Source: an uncultured virus (IMG/VR IMGVR_UViG_2061766007_000711) (lineage: Duplodnaviria > Heunggongvirae > Uroviricota > Caudoviricetes). Taken from it: 35,786 bases of DNA. The DNA is taken from IMG/VR virus record IMGVR_UViG_2061766007_000711. One strand, given 5' to 3'. The stretch's first letter is position 1. Every line of letters starts with the position of its first letter. Both the position numbers and the translations under genes were made by a program. The notes under the pieces are model-generated. The model did not search any database. It was not told where the DNA came from and saw nothing but the letters and a program-made list of their open reading frames with translations. Of the stretch, positions 1 to 11,800 are shown one piece after another.

Positions 1-386
1 GAGAAATAGAGTTACTAAGATACAGTAATGCTATCTATACGACGGTTGTTGGTGGTGCAAGTAGACTACTTTCCCATTACCTGCGGGAACATCCGATTGC
101 ATCAGGCGAAAAGCTGGTGACTTATGCAGACCGTCGCTGGAGTAGTGCGAACAACTACTATCCTAGCCTGGGATTTGTTCTTGACCGGGTTACTGAGCCG
201 AACTATTTCTATGTAAATGGAAATGTCCGGGAGTCCAGAATGAAGTACCAGAAGCACCGTCTCGTGGGAATGGGGTACAGTGAGGAAATGAGCGAGAAGC
301 AGATTATGGAGTCGATAGGGATGCACCGTATCTATGACTGTGGCAACTACCGGTACGTATGGGAGCCTGCCGGTACCCAAAACTAG
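1..386 (+). CDS. Hef-like homing endonuclease, C-terminal part (5' end outside the window)
   Basis: Frame 3 is open from position 3: ELLRYSNAIYTTVVGGASRLLSHY...TYADRRWS...YPSLGF...PNYFY...KYQKHRL...SEKQIMESIGMHRIYDCG. This matches the motif series of Hef-like endonucleases in large T4-like phages. Confidence 0.75.
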   Translation, partial: EIELLRYSNAIYTTVVGGASRLLSHYLREHPIASGEKLVTYADRRWSSANNYYPSLGFVLDRVTEPNYFYVNGNVRESRMKYQKHRLVGMGYSEEMSEKQIMESIGMHRIYDCGNYRYVWEPAGTQN

Positions 387-395
387 CCGAAATTA

Positions 396-403
396 GATAA
401 ACT
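396..403 (+). promoter_or_regulatory. Putative late promoter GATAAACT
   Basis: Same 8-mer family as other intergenic copies upstream of structural genes; resembles T4 late -10 TATAAATA. Lies 7 nt before ATG 411. Confidence 0.55.
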
Positions 404-410
404 GTGCTTG

Positions 411-1043
411 ATGGCAGATAATCAGGCACAGACCCAGTCGCAGGCACAGTACTACGACCACATGACGCTCCCGGGGAAGGGGCCGGTGTACTTCCGCGAC
501 GCGAAGTTGCTGAAGGGTAAGGACTTTTCCGTCTCCGGGGACATAGAGGCTGACCCGGTAAAGTTCGATGGCACCGGGAATGTCGACCTGGTGGCCCGGA
601 TAGGGACCGGGGTTGTCGGCATTGACAACATATCCGATGATGCAAAGGCGTCCGAAATCGACGAGGACGAGGGGAAGCTCGCCACGGTCGGCCTTGTCAA
701 GAAGTCCAGTTCGTTTGCTCTCGTCACCGCCAGGAAGCGGGGCGACGTATATGTTCCTGACCGTTCATTTATCGAGCTGGTCGGATACATTTCCCATGAC
801 ATACTTCCCGTACTGCGGGTCATAGACGGCATCAGGACATACAAGGTCGAGATGTCCTCCTTCGACGGTACGACCATCGAGTTCCGTGCTCCTGATGAGG
901 AGAATTCCACCGAGACCGGGAACAAGCGGGAGAGCGGGACTGTCACTAGAAGTTTCACATACAGGGCGGGAGGGTTCTCCCTGGTAACTAGGGATGTCAA
1001 GCCCGCGGCCTATTCGGTCGAGACCATTGACATAGGGGATTAG
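411..1043 (+). CDS. Fibre cluster gene F1 (fibre-associated structural protein)
   Basis: ATG at 411 (ORF track starts at TTG 408). FSVSGDIEADPVKFDGTGNVDL is a GD...FDG..NV fibre repeat. Ends VETIDIGD. Confidence 0.6.
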   Translation: MADNQAQTQSQAQYYDHMTLPGKGPVYFRDAKLLKGKDFSVSGDIEADPVKFDGTGNVDLVARIGTGVVGIDNISDDAKASEIDEDEGKLATVGLVKKSSSFALVTARKRGDVYVPDRSFIELVGYISHDILPVLRVIDGIRTYKVEMSSFDGTTIEFRAPDEENSTETGNKRESGTVTRSFTYRAGGFSLVTRDVKPAAYSVETIDIGD

Positions 1044-1046
1044 TGT

Positions 1047-1737
1047 ATGGCTGAATATGTACACAAGATTAACGGCAAGGACCTGGCTGCCTCGGCGGTA
1101 GTGCCCAACTCGGCGCTTGACCAGCGCATTACAAACATCGAGGAGTTCACTAATCTCGGCGCGTTCGAGATTGTTCCGCTGACAACCGGAGTGGACCCTC
1201 ATCCGGATGTGTTGAATCCGTCCAACAAGGTAATCTACTTGACCAAGGATACGAGCCTTCAGGTTGACGACCCGTATACCGAGTGGATTTATATACTCGG
1301 CGACCCGACCGCCGACCCTCCGACTAGCGACAGGTGGGAAATTATTGGTACTACTGCAATAAAGTTCCAGCGTGCCACCACCACGCAGGAAGGCGTCACC
1401 ATCCTGAACAGTAGTACGGTCGATGCACAGACCGGGGCCCTGTCGACTGACGAGACTATGGCGGTCACCGCGCTCGGCGTGAAGTCCGCGGTGGAGGCAG
1501 GCGTAGNNNNNNNNNNNNNNNNNNACTGCCGGAAACATCCCGGCATTGGACTCGAACGGAAACTTGGTGGACTCCGGGCTGTCCGCAGCGGCCTCAGTGC
1601 AAGGGGTGGTCGACGCGGCCGGTACGAACTTGGTGAATGGCACTACGCACGTGGCCACGATACCTACTGCGGTAGCGGGTGCTTCCGGTGCTCCCGGAAA
1701 CCTCGGACTGGTGACCATTTCGACTATAGACTTGTAA
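1047..1737 (+). CDS. Fibre cluster gene F2 (frame break at N gap 1507-1524)
   Basis: MAEYVHKING...IYLTKD...YTEWIY...WEIIGTT is a head/tail fibre-type motif. After the gap it continues in the 1546 frame, TAGNIPALDSNGNLVDSG...ISTIDL*. Confidence 0.65.
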
Positions 1738-1749
1738 GGAAACCGATAG

Positions 1750-1977
1750 ATGGCTGGCAATCAGCAGACATATGTACACGAGATTAACGGGATGCCCGTC
1801 GCCGCCTCCGAGGTGGTGCCGGGGAGTCCCATCGTAAAGGATGTCGAGCGCCAAGGCGATGACGGTACGGTGTCTGTAGTAAGTAACAATGTGGCTACCC
1901 TGGTGGACATGTCCCAGTCGGAAGTCAATGACGTGATTGCGTGGGTATGCGGAGCGCAGTCGGGAAATAACGGATAG
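1750..1977 (+). CDS. Fibre cluster gene F3, 75-aa putative adapter
   Basis: SD AAGGA upstream. N-terminus paralogous to F2 (YVHEING..AAS.VVP.S); C-terminus paralogous to F4 (MSQSEVNDVI). Confidence 0.65.
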   Translation: MAGNQQTYVHEINGMPVAASEVVPGSPIVKDVERQGDDGTVSVVSNNVATLVDMSQSEVNDVIAWVCGAQSGNNG

Positions 1978-1994
1978 GGTTTTGGAGGAATAAG

Positions 1995-4900
1995 ATGGCA
2001 CTGCCTACCAGTTCTAAGAATAACGTGACCGTCGGCAAGCTCGCCGCGACACTCAAGGGGATATATGACAATGTCGACGCCAAGAAGGCAGACAAGGTAG
2101 CCCAGGCTACCAATGGGAACTTCGCATCTCTTGACGGCAACGGCAACCTGGCCGATTCCGGACACAAGCACTCGGACTATGCCTCTTCCACGCAGGGTGG
2201 GAAGGCCGATACCGCCGTCCAGAGCGTCAAGATGGGGTCGAGTTCCGGAATAGAACTCAATGACAACACGTCGGTCGTAATCCCGAACGCCGTGGCCACC
2301 GGTACATCTGGGGCGACCAGCGGTGTTATGACCGCGGACGACAAGAAGAAGCTCAACGACATTGCGACGGGCGCCGAGGTCAACCAGAACGCGTTCAGTA
2401 ACGTCGTGGTCGGGCAGACTACCGTCGCCGCCTCGGCCAAGACGGATACGTTGACCATAGCCGGGGGCAAGTACACGTCGGTCGTCGGAAACTCAGCCGA
2501 CAAGAGCGTCACCATCGCAAGTACTCTGAAGAGCGAGACGGCAGTCCAGTCCGGTACCACGGAGTCGCTGGTGACTACCGGCGAGAAGTATACATGGAAC
2601 GCCAAGCAGGAACAGCTCACTTTCGACGGCACATACAATGCGTCCACCAACAAGGCCGCAACGGTAAGTTCAATCACGACGAGGATTGGCGCTCTTGATG
2701 TGTCCGACATTACGGCGAATCTCGGTGTCGGCAAGACGATTACCGCGCTGTCCGAGACTGACGGTAAGATTGCCGCCACGGCCTCCAATATCCAGATTAC
2801 CGAGTCCCAGGTAACCAACCTCACCAGTGACCTCGCGCTGAAGGCGCCACTGGCCAGTCCGGAGCTTACCGGTACGCCCACGGCCCCGACCGCGGCACAG
2901 GGCACCAACACTACTCAGATTGCAACTACCGAGTTCGTAGTCACCGAGATTGACGCGAAGATTGAGGAGCTCGGTGATGCGATGGTCTACAAGGGAACCC
3001 TGGCCGGCGGCAGTACCGGCTCATACGGCGCCCTTACGCCTGCGGCAAACAAGGGATGGACGTATAAGGTCACTACTGCGGGTAAGATTGACGGTGTCGC
3101 GGTCGAAGTCGGCGACATGCTCATATGTAATGCTGATAGCACTGCCGCTGCCACCTCGAGCAATTATACGACGATAGTCAACAAGTGGGATTTTGTCCAG
3201 AGCAACATCGACGGAGCAGTCATTGGACCGAGCTCTGCCGTTACTGATGCATCGGTTGCCGGGTTCGACGGCACTGCCGGTCGCAAGCTTAAGGCGCTTA
3301 CCGCGACGGAAATCAAGGCGGCAGCGGGCCTTAGCCTGGTAAAGAACCAGGCGATTACGGTAACGTCGACGAGCGTTTCCGACGGTACGAATACGTTCAA
3401 CAAGTATACCCACCCGACCACCACTGCTGTCGGAGCTGCCGCAGTAAAGGTCGGCAACGATGGTCTTGGCCATGTCGTCCTTGGTGCGGCACTTACCAAG
3501 TCCGATGTCGGACTAGGGAATGTCGCAAATACCGGTGACAGTGCCACGCCGGTGGAAGGCGGCACGACAAAGTTTACCACGGGTGGTGCCTACACTGAAC
3601 TTGCCAAGAAGGTCGACGTAGTAGAGGGCAAGGGGCTTTCGACCAACGACTATACTACGGCTGAAAAGAACAAGCTTGCTGGAATTGCAGCTGGTGCGGA
3701 AGTAAATCAGAATGCGTTCAGCAATGTAAAGGTCGGGAGTACCACTGTTGCTGCAGATACCAAGACCGATACCCTCGAGCTTGTTGGTTCGCAGCATATC
3801 ACTATTACGCCGGACGCCACGAACGATAAGATTACTATCGCGACGGATATTGCTGACCAGACTGCCTATTCGGCTAAGGGTTCTGCGACCAAGGTTCCGC
3901 AGATTACGACGAACAGTCTCGGCCAGGTAACTGGCATTACGGAAGTCACGATTAGCGGCGTTACCCCGGCAAGCCATACGCATGGAAATATTACCAACGA
4001 CGGTAAGATAGGGTCTACTGCCGACAGGTCAGTTGTGACAACTACCGGAGGTGCGGTTACTGCTGTTGATATGACAGTTTCATCCCCGACTGCGTCTGGT
4101 AATACTATATCATTCATCGATACTGTATCACAGTCGAGTAACGGTAAGATTTCTGCTACAAAGAAGACCGTTTCCACAATGGGATCCGCATCAGCCGATG
4201 CTGCCGGAACTGCCGGTTTAGTACCAGCCCCCGCAGCTGGAAAACAAAGCAGTTTCTTGCGCGGAGATGGTACATGGCAGACACCTACTGATAATAAGGT
4301 AAAACAAAATCTAGTTGCAGACACAACAGATGCCGAATATCCTGTTATATTGAAAAATAACACTACTGCAACAGATTCGCCTACTTCTACCGTTAATTAT
4401 GCTGCCGGGATTACGATTAATCCCAAGAATAAATCTGTCTCTGCGACAACGTTCATCGGCGCACTTTCGGGTACCGCCGATACGGCCAAGGCTTATGATA
4501 CCACGTTTACCGGAACAAATAGCATAAAGAGTGCTCTTGACGGAAAGGCGTCTTCCAGCCATACGCATGGCAACATTACCAATGGTGGTGCGCTTCAAAC
4601 GACGGACATCACTATAGCAAACGGCGACAAACTTGTTGTGACCGATGCATCGGATTCAAATAAGGTCGCTCGCACTTCCGTATCGTTCGACGGCTCTACC
4701 GCTACCAAGGCGCTTACCCAGAAAGGTACGTTCGAGACATTTACTAACGTAACGTCTTCGACAACGAACGGGCATATCAATATCAACGGTACCGATACGA
4801 CGGTATATACCCATCCTACTACGGCGGGAAACAAGCATATACCTACTGGTGGCTCAGCTGGTCAAGTGCTAGTATATGGCGGCAGTAGCGGAACCGCATC

Positions 4901-5249
4901 ATGGTCTACGTTAACCGATGCAAGCATGGGGCAGGGCTATTCTGCTACTACGTCATGGTCAAGCGCCGCATGTACGGTCACGATGTCCAATTACGAGTTG
5001 AAAACCGGCGGTATAGTAGCAATTAAGTTCTCTGCCAACGTTCCCGCTAATGCTACGCTGAACATAAATAGTAAGGGTGCGAAGAGCGTCTACTACCGCG
5101 GTGCGGCGATTACTGCTGGCATCATACAGAACGGCGACATCGCCTACTTCATGTATGATGGAACGAACTATGTATTGCTCGGTACCGACCGTAGTGTTGG
5201 TGAGATGACTGACCAGGAAGTTGCTGATATAATAGATGCATTGTCGTAA
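1995..5249 (+). CDS. Fibre cluster gene F4, long fibre shaft (1084 aa)
   Basis: SD GGAGG. T/S/A/G-rich. Fibre motifs KAPLASPELTGTPTAPTA...TQIATTEFV, GKGLSTNDYTTAEKNKLAGI, GAEVNQNAFSNV x2, HxH motifs, AGLVPAPAAG..FLRGDGTW. Confidence 0.85.
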   Translation: MALPTSSKNNVTVGKLAATLKGIYDNVDAKKADKVAQATNGNFASLDGNGNLADSGHKHSDYASSTQGGKADTAVQSVKMGSSSGIELNDNTSVVIPNAVATGTSGATSGVMTADDKKKLNDIATGAEVNQNAFSNVVVGQTTVAASAKTDTLTIAGGKYTSVVGNSADKSVTIASTLKSETAVQSGTTESLVTTGEKYTWNAKQEQLTFDGTYNASTNKAATVSSITTRIGALDVSDITANLGVGKTITALSETDGKIAATASNIQITESQVTNLTSDLALKAPLASPELTGTPTAPTAAQGTNTTQIATTEFVVTEIDAKIEELGDAMVYKGTLAGGSTGSYGALTPAANKGWTYKVTTAGKIDGVAVEVGDMLICNADSTAAATSSNYTTIVNKWDFVQSNIDGAVIGPSSAVTDASVAGFDGTAGRKLKALTATEIKAAAGLSLVKNQAITVTSTSVSDGTNTFNKYTHPTTTAVGAAAVKVGNDGLGHVVLGAALTKSDVGLGNVANTGDSATPVEGGTTKFTTGGAYTELAKKVDVVEGKGLSTNDYTTAEKNKLAGIAAGAEVNQNAFSNVKVGSTTVAADTKTDTLELVGSQHITITPDATNDKITIATDIADQTAYSAKGSATKVPQITTNSLGQVTGITEVTISGVTPASHTHGNITNDGKIGSTADRSVVTTTGGAVTAVDMTVSSPTASGNTISFIDTVSQSSNGKISATKKTVSTMGSASADAAGTAGLVPAPAAGKQSSFLRGDGTWQTPTDNKVKQNLVADTTDAEYPVILKNNTTATDSPTSTVNYAAGITINPKNKSVSATTFIGALSGTADTAKAYDTTFTGTNSIKSALDGKASSSHTHGNITNGGALQTTDITIANGDKLVVTDASDSNKVARTSVSFDGSTATKALTQKGTFETFTNVTSSTTNGHININGTDTTVYTHPTTAGNKHIPTGGSAGQVLVYGGSSGTASWSTLTDASMGQGYSATTSWSSAACTVTMSNYELKTGGIVAIKFSANVPANATLNINSKGAKSVYYRGAAITAGIIQNGDIAYFMYDGTNYVLLGTDRSVGEMTDQEVADIIDALS

Positions 5250-5261
5250 GGAGATAAGTGA

Positions 5262-6317
5262 ATGGCACTGCCTACATCGACGAATGATGTTACCGCACGT
5301 AAACTTGGGTCTGTAATCAACAGTCTCTGGACGAAGATTAAGTCTACCTTCGTCAAGAAGGCCGGTGACACGATGACTGGCCAGCTGGTGAACACCCTGG
5401 CTGACGGCAATTCCGCATTCGTTACCAGTCACGGTACGGCCAACAAGAAGTCCGCTGTCGGAGCCACCAGGACCGATACCGGGGTAAGCGTGTTCATGGG
5501 CGTAGGCTCAAGCGGTACGAACCACGGTGTCTACTCGGAGACCAACGCAAACTGGATTATCCGTGCCGACACTGCGGGCAACGTGGTAATCAACGATGGA
5601 AAGGCGACCAGTACTGTTACCATAGGTAACTCCGACATAGGCTCGACGACCAAGCCGGTCTATATTGATGACGGTGTAATCAAGGCCGGTTCCACCTACG
5701 CTGGTGGCACCGCAGTGACCCTCAACAATTCTTCCAAGGCCGGTTCTACGGCATCGTTCTATGCTCCTACTGCGGGCGGTACGGCTAACTATGTCCTCAT
5801 AGGCGCTGGTACTACGTCTGCACCTACCTGGGCGGAGAAGGCACCGAAGGCATCTGTTGCGGACTACGTGAACTTGCTTCATACCAACGAAGTAAACTTC
5901 AAGAATGTCCCCACCAGCGGTAACAAGGAAAGAGTCTGGTTCAATTATAGAAATGGTGATACTGATGCCGGCGATGCCAATAATCTGATTACGCAGTACT
6001 ACTTTGGCAATAGAAATCTCAGTACAGGTGGTGTAACTCTGATAGCGGACAACTTCAGCGGTAACGCGTCGACGGCCACAACGTCCACTAACTCCAATAA
6101 TACCAAGGTTACAACAGCTAATACAACCAAGACGTACCTGGCCGGAGCAAACGCTACCGGGTATACGTCTGGTGCACAGACGTCGCTACTTACCGACACC
6201 GGGATTTATGCGACGACCACCGCAGGCGAACTCAACGCCACCCAGTACAAGGTAAACGAGCACTGCACCATGAAGTACAACTCCACCAAGTCCTCGCTGG
6301 ACTTCACGTTCTCCTAA
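5262..6317 (+). CDS. Fibre cluster gene F5 (351 aa)
   Basis: SD AAGGAG. MALPTS N-terminus shared with F4; FVKKAGDTMTG fibre motif; ends CTMKYNSTKSSLDFTFS. Confidence 0.8.
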   Translation: MALPTSTNDVTARKLGSVINSLWTKIKSTFVKKAGDTMTGQLVNTLADGNSAFVTSHGTANKKSAVGATRTDTGVSVFMGVGSSGTNHGVYSETNANWIIRADTAGNVVINDGKATSTVTIGNSDIGSTTKPVYIDDGVIKAGSTYAGGTAVTLNNSSKAGSTASFYAPTAGGTANYVLIGAGTTSAPTWAEKAPKASVADYVNLLHTNEVNFKNVPTSGNKERVWFNYRNGDTDAGDANNLITQYYFGNRNLSTGGVTLIADNFSGNASTATTSTNSNNTKVTTANTTKTYLAGANATGYTSGAQTSLLTDTGIYATTTAGELNATQYKVNEHCTMKYNSTKSSLDFTFS

Positions 6318-6326
6318 GGAGTGACC

Positions 6327-8750
6327 ATGCCACTAAAGCTATGGCTTCCATTGGACGGTACGAACGAGAACCGGGGAATCTCCGGGGTGACCATGTCGGG
6401 CTCTCCCAACTCATGGGGCAACGGGAGAACCGGGAAGTGCGCTACGTTTAACAACAACACTGGCAACTGTATAGCGAACACGTCCAAGGAGTTCGACTAT
6501 ATCGTAGAGGACTTCTCTTGGGCAATCTGGGTAAAGAAGGACTACTCGGCCATCACATCGACGTCCATGTGGGTATTTACTGTAGGAAGAGCTGATGCCG
6601 GTGGAAGAGGCTACGGCATGCAGGCAGTATCTTCTACACAAGTAAGAATATGGTTTGGTACAAGTAACTGGAATATTAATTGCGCTGATAATGAATGGCA
6701 TCACTTTGCATTTACTAGGAAAGGTAAATCGCTTAAAATGTATCGTGATGGCACTCTTATTACTTCTGCAACTTTTGGAGGCACTCTTCCGTCATATTCT
6801 GATGGAAATGGTCCAGGTCTTGGATGTTTTCATTATACTGGAAATATCTATCCTCTTATTGGTTCTATATCGGACTTCAGGATATACAACCATACGCTGT
6901 CTGCCAAGGAGGTCTACGAGCTATCCAGGGCGCTGATAGTGCACTATCCGCTGAGCGCACCGGGGAACGCCAACCCGAACCTGCTGACGTGGACCAAGAA
7001 CTATACGGAGGCGAGTCCTCTAGTTCATACCAGTTCCGCCAAGGATGGGTACAAGTATCTTGGCGATGACGCTCTGATTACGGTAACACCGGGAAAGACC
7101 TACTACGTGCAGTTGAAATCCGACGGTACACTATCCGCTTCACATGCAAGTGGTGCAGGGGTAGTATCCGACAAATTCACGTTCTGGTTCTACATACGGA
7201 ATATTGGCACATCTAAGAACGTTGGCCAGTATGACCAGACAACATGCTTTACCAGCGCATCTACAGGCATTTTGGTCAACGACCCCGACAGACAGCTCTA
7301 TGTATGGAAGTGGACGGCCCCGAGCAACGCCCAGGACATCACCTTGCGCACCAACAGCTATTCCGACGGCACCACCGCAGTCACATTGAAGTTCTGGGAC
7401 TTCAAGATAGAGGAAGATACGTACACATCGTATGTCCCCTCGAAGAACTCCGCGCAGTACGGGGAACTCGGTTACGGCACCGGGACTGTCCGGGATGCTA
7501 CCGGGAGAGGGATTGACCTCAGTACAGTAGGTGCACCGGTGTTTTCCACTGAGTCTATCAGATACGCTACTGCAATTAATTTTAATAAAGCCGGATACCT
7601 GAAACTTTCTCCATGCACAATGTCATTGAGTACACTTAGTGTATCTTTTTGGTTCAATGCCAAGGATACCACTGGTTCGACACAGCATTTCCTGTTTGGT
7701 TCATTTGCCAGCTGGCCGAATGAGGGATTAGGAATTTACAGAGATATTGGTAAGAATTATTTTAACATAGTGTTCCGGACAGCGGGCGCTGAAACTACGT
7801 ATTGCTCGTGCGGTGGGCAGACATTCTCTTATAATGAATGGCACCATATGGCTTTCACGTGGGATGGCACTACCGTCAAGATATACTTGGATAATGTGTT
7901 GAAAACGACCAAAACGTATGGACAGTCCGGTACATGTGAATGGAAGAATATATTTCTCGGCAATTCGGCATATAACAGTACTCCGGCTTCAGAGACGGAA
8001 GACTGTAAAATGTCCGACTTCCGCATCTACGGGACCGCCCTGACCGCCGACGACGTCAAGTACCTCTACGAGACCTCGGCCGCCATCGACAACAACGGGG
8101 ACATGTTCGCGGATTCCTTTGAAGAGACCGAGCTGCTGCCACGCGTGGGCAAGGAAGGACTCGTCTACGGGAGCCACCTGTCAGAATCCGGGGGAACTAT
8201 AGCTGTATACCAGAATACAAGCAAGGGTCTGTTCGATCCGAATACCAAGAAATGGAGCTATACTCCCGCCGCAGATACAAACAACTCCTGTATGGATTTC
8301 GGTTTCTTTTGCCCTGAAGAGGGAGTTACCAAATACCATATTACTATGGTGGTCGAGTGGAGCGGATTTGCCGACATATTGACCACAAACCCGGATTTTA
8401 CCATAAATTTCCATGGGCCCAATTATATCATAGGTGGGACAACATACGAGTGGACGACTAATCCCATTTCGGCGGCATTGTACGCCATCAAGACGATGCA
8501 GTCGCTGGTTACCGGAGCGGCGTCCGGGGTGTATAAGTATGAAGCTGACTTTACGCTGAGTAGCGGTTGGCTAAATAGTTACTGGGCTTGCTACGTCGGT
8601 TTCCGGACCAACTACAGCAACGGCACGGGCAAGATTACCGCGTCGAAGCTCCGCATATACCCGGCGGACGAGCACATGGAGGATACTGCCTCCCTCTGCG
8701 CCTCCGGTGCCATCCAAGTGCGTCTGGCGGACGAAGTCAGCCTAGCCTAG
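6327..8750 (+). CDS. Fibre cluster gene F6, LamG/concanavalin A-like protein with inserted carbohydrate-binding-like domains
   Basis: Two LamG signatures (FSWAIWVK...WHHFAFT...MYRDG...GSISDFRIYNHTLS; SVSFWF...WHHMAFTWDG..VKIYLD...MSDFRIY..ALT). SD AAGGAG before ATG 6327. Confidence 0.85.
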   Translation: MPLKLWLPLDGTNENRGISGVTMSGSPNSWGNGRTGKCATFNNNTGNCIANTSKEFDYIVEDFSWAIWVKKDYSAITSTSMWVFTVGRADAGGRGYGMQAVSSTQVRIWFGTSNWNINCADNEWHHFAFTRKGKSLKMYRDGTLITSATFGGTLPSYSDGNGPGLGCFHYTGNIYPLIGSISDFRIYNHTLSAKEVYELSRALIVHYPLSAPGNANPNLLTWTKNYTEASPLVHTSSAKDGYKYLGDDALITVTPGKTYYVQLKSDGTLSASHASGAGVVSDKFTFWFYIRNIGTSKNVGQYDQTTCFTSASTGILVNDPDRQLYVWKWTAPSNAQDITLRTNSYSDGTTAVTLKFWDFKIEEDTYTSYVPSKNSAQYGELGYGTGTVRDATGRGIDLSTVGAPVFSTESIRYATAINFNKAGYLKLSPCTMSLSTLSVSFWFNAKDTTGSTQHFLFGSFASWPNEGLGIYRDIGKNYFNIVFRTAGAETTYCSCGGQTFSYNEWHHMAFTWDGTTVKIYLDNVLKTTKTYGQSGTCEWKNIFLGNSAYNSTPASETEDCKMSDFRIYGTALTADDVKYLYETSAAIDNNGDMFADSFEETELLPRVGKEGLVYGSHLSESGGTIAVYQNTSKGLFDPNTKKWSYTPAADTNNSCMDFGFFCPEEGVTKYHITMVVEWSGFADILTTNPDFTINFHGPNYIIGGTTYEWTTNPISAALYAIKTMQSLVTGAASGVYKYEADFTLSSGWLNSYWACYVGFRTNYSNGTGKITASKLRIYPADEHMEDTASLCASGAIQVRLADEVSLA

Positions 8751-8763
8751 CAAGTCCCAAACA

Positions 8764-8771
8764 GATAAACT
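8764..8771 (+). promoter_or_regulatory. Putative late promoter GATAAACT
   Basis: Lies in the longest (66-nt) spacer of the fibre cluster; GATAAACTGT is identical to 396-405. Confidence 0.55.
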
Positions 8772-8816
8772 GTAGAAACCGAAGGAAAGTATGTAATTTC
8801 CTCAAAAGGGACTGTT

Positions 8817-11800
8817 ATGGCAAACTTGGTAGATACTAGCGTGAATGGCGACCTCAGGGTGACCGGGACAATGTTCGGCACCCAGGCTGGCAACTATGCA
8901 ACCTGTGCGACTACGGCGGGTACCGCAGCCAAGGCGGTGACANNNNNNNNNNNNNNNNNNNNNNNNNCCGGTATCCACGTATTTGTCAAGTTCACCGTGA
9001 CCAATACGGCCGCAGTGGCGTCCCTTACCCTGAACGTGTCCGGTACCGGTGCGAAGGCCATGAAGTACCGTGGGGGAAACCTTCCCGCCGTAGGCACGCT
9101 GTCCGCAAGCAGGGTATACGAGTTCATCTACGACGGGACTAACTGGGAACTGGTTGGCGACCTCGACACTAATACCCAGACGGTCACCGGAGTGAAGGGT
9201 AATGCCGAGTCGTCGTACAGGACCGGCCAGGTAAATCTGACCGCTGCGAATATCGGGGCATCTGCCAGTGACCATACCCACGGGAATATCGGAACCGGTG
9301 GTACACTTACAGATACGGCAGCGGCAGCGGCCGGAAATGACTATGTGGTCATACGGGATGCTGACAACAATAAAGTACAGACTTCTACAATTAAGGGGAC
9401 CGATGTTGCCGATGCGGTAAGCAAGAAGCACAGTCATTCCACTCTAACGCTATCCACTACTGCGCAAGCCTATGATGGAACGCATACTCTAGCACTTCCA
9501 TCGTCTGACCCATATACTTCTGCAAGAACACCTACATCGCATACTCACGGAAATATTGCTAACGGCGGTACTCTTACTGATACGGCAGCGGCAGCAGCCG
9601 GNNNNNNNNNNNNNNNNNNNNNNNNNNNNNNNNATTCAAAGATTCAGACCTCTACAATAAAGGGTACCGACGTTGCTGACGCAGTTAGTAAGAAACATAG
9701 TCATTCCACTCTAACGCTATCCACTACTGCCCAAGCATATGATGGCTCTCATACATTGGCATTGCCGTCTACGGACCCCTATACTTCTGCAAGAACACCT
9801 ACTTCCCATGCCTCCTCGGCCACCACCTACGGTATAGGAACCACGGCAAACTATGGCCACGTAAAGCTGGACAACTCCACTCCTCTTGGTGTGACTGACT
9901 CAAATGCGGACGGCGTCGCTACAGGTAAGGGACACAAGCACAACAATATAGAATCTGTCGCGCGGGCTTCCGTTACTACGGTTGACCTGGACCATGTAAA
10001 TACCAACAACAGGGCGCACATGATACTTTCACAGGTATCTAGCTCTACAGGTACTACGCATGATCCAGGAGATGGTTACATGCTTACCTTTATGTGGGAC
10101 ACAAATGACCCATATGATGCGCAGTTATACATACCGGTTAATTCTACAAGAGATTGGGGTAGAATTAAAATAAGATACCGGGACAATAATAGTAGCGGAT
10201 GGGGTGACTGGGGATATATTAGGCTGGCTGCAACCAGTTCAATCCTTTACAGTTCAAATAATCTTGATAATGTCAAGGGGTCTACCGCTGGTCAGATATT
10301 AAGTTATAACTGGGCATCAAATTCAGTACCGACCAATGCCCCAGTAAGTTCAGCAACTTCAATGATGCTGGTATATCAACCGCATGCATCATATTGCTAT
10401 CAAGCTGTTATTACTGCACAGGATGGTATATACCGTAGAATATGCAAGAATGGCACATGGACTGCATGGACTAAGGATTTGGATGCGGCTGATATCACTG
10501 CCAGTAGCACCAACGGCAATCTTTCTGTCGCCGGCACGGATGTCACTGTATACACCCATCCGACTACTGCAGGCAACAAACATATACCTTCTGGCGGAAG
10601 TTCAGGGCAATTCCTCGGATGGGATTCAGCAGGTACTGCCAAGTGGGTGAGCAACCCAAATTCAGATACCAAAGTTAAGGCTACTGCAAAGACCGATAAT
10701 GTTAATTACAAGGTCCTTGCCACAGCATCGGCATCGCCTACTTCCGGTAATGCAACAGAAGCTATTTATGATACCGATATTTCGCTTAATCCATCGACTA
10801 ATACGATTACTGCAAATATATCGGGAAATGCAGCAACGGCAACTTCACTCGGTGTAAATGGAATTTCATATCATAGGCCAACTAGTTCTACGGGTTCAAC
10901 AGCTGATGGTAAGCAATGGTGTCGTCTTGGTACATTAACTGATACAGCAGTTACGGAAGGTGCACAATGGTTTGGAATCGGTGTACTATTCAATGTATAT
11001 TCAAACCCGTATGGCCCAGTGCGTACTCATTTTGGTTGTTATGAATTTTCATTCCGTATAGGTATATCTGCTAGAGCAGAAGGGGCGGCTGCCTATTCGC
11101 TCAAGACCAGCGGCGATATGACTATTCAGAAACTGTATGGCCCAGATGTACCTGCTTCTGCTGATGGCAAATCTGGTATAGATTTTCGCATAGTCCGTTC
11201 TGATACAAAGGTAGAATTATTTATAAAAAACTCAGTATGGGATTCCACGATTTATGTAGAACGATTCCGTCAAATAAATGGTGTCGGCAGCTATGGAACT
11301 TGGGAATGGGCCATTGCTAATGGGTTATATACTGATGATGAATTTGCTACATATTGTAGTGATAAGACCGTCAAGTATCTTACGAAGAAATATGAATTTA
11401 GGTCAAATTTAGCCGATTCTACTACATGGAACAACTTCTATAATGGTTATAAAGAAGTTACATTTGGGTCTTCAATTACATATGAAACATTCTGTGCTGC
11501 ATGTACTACTGCGGATTCGTTTGCCTATAAAACATTTGGAGATACCTTAGATACAACAGAAAAAACAATTAACGCCATCGGACGACTAAATTTATCATCT
11601 AATAGCGCAATTCAGACCGGTATAGGATTAACGGATGGATATCCTATGTTCCATGTTGTAGCCACAAGGCAAACTGGATATATGGATATTTCATCCGGTA
11701 GTACTATTGTACGATATAAATTCAGCAGATACGGTGCATTATCTAATAAGGTAACTATAAGTACAGGTGATACCAAGGTAACGCAGACCGCCGATAACGG

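Noticed and set aside
1041..8817. In-frame neighbouring fibre genes suggesting stop-codon readthrough or recoding
   Set aside because: Only 5 of 9 junctions are in frame, both TAA and TAG are involved, and most downstream genes have their own SD.
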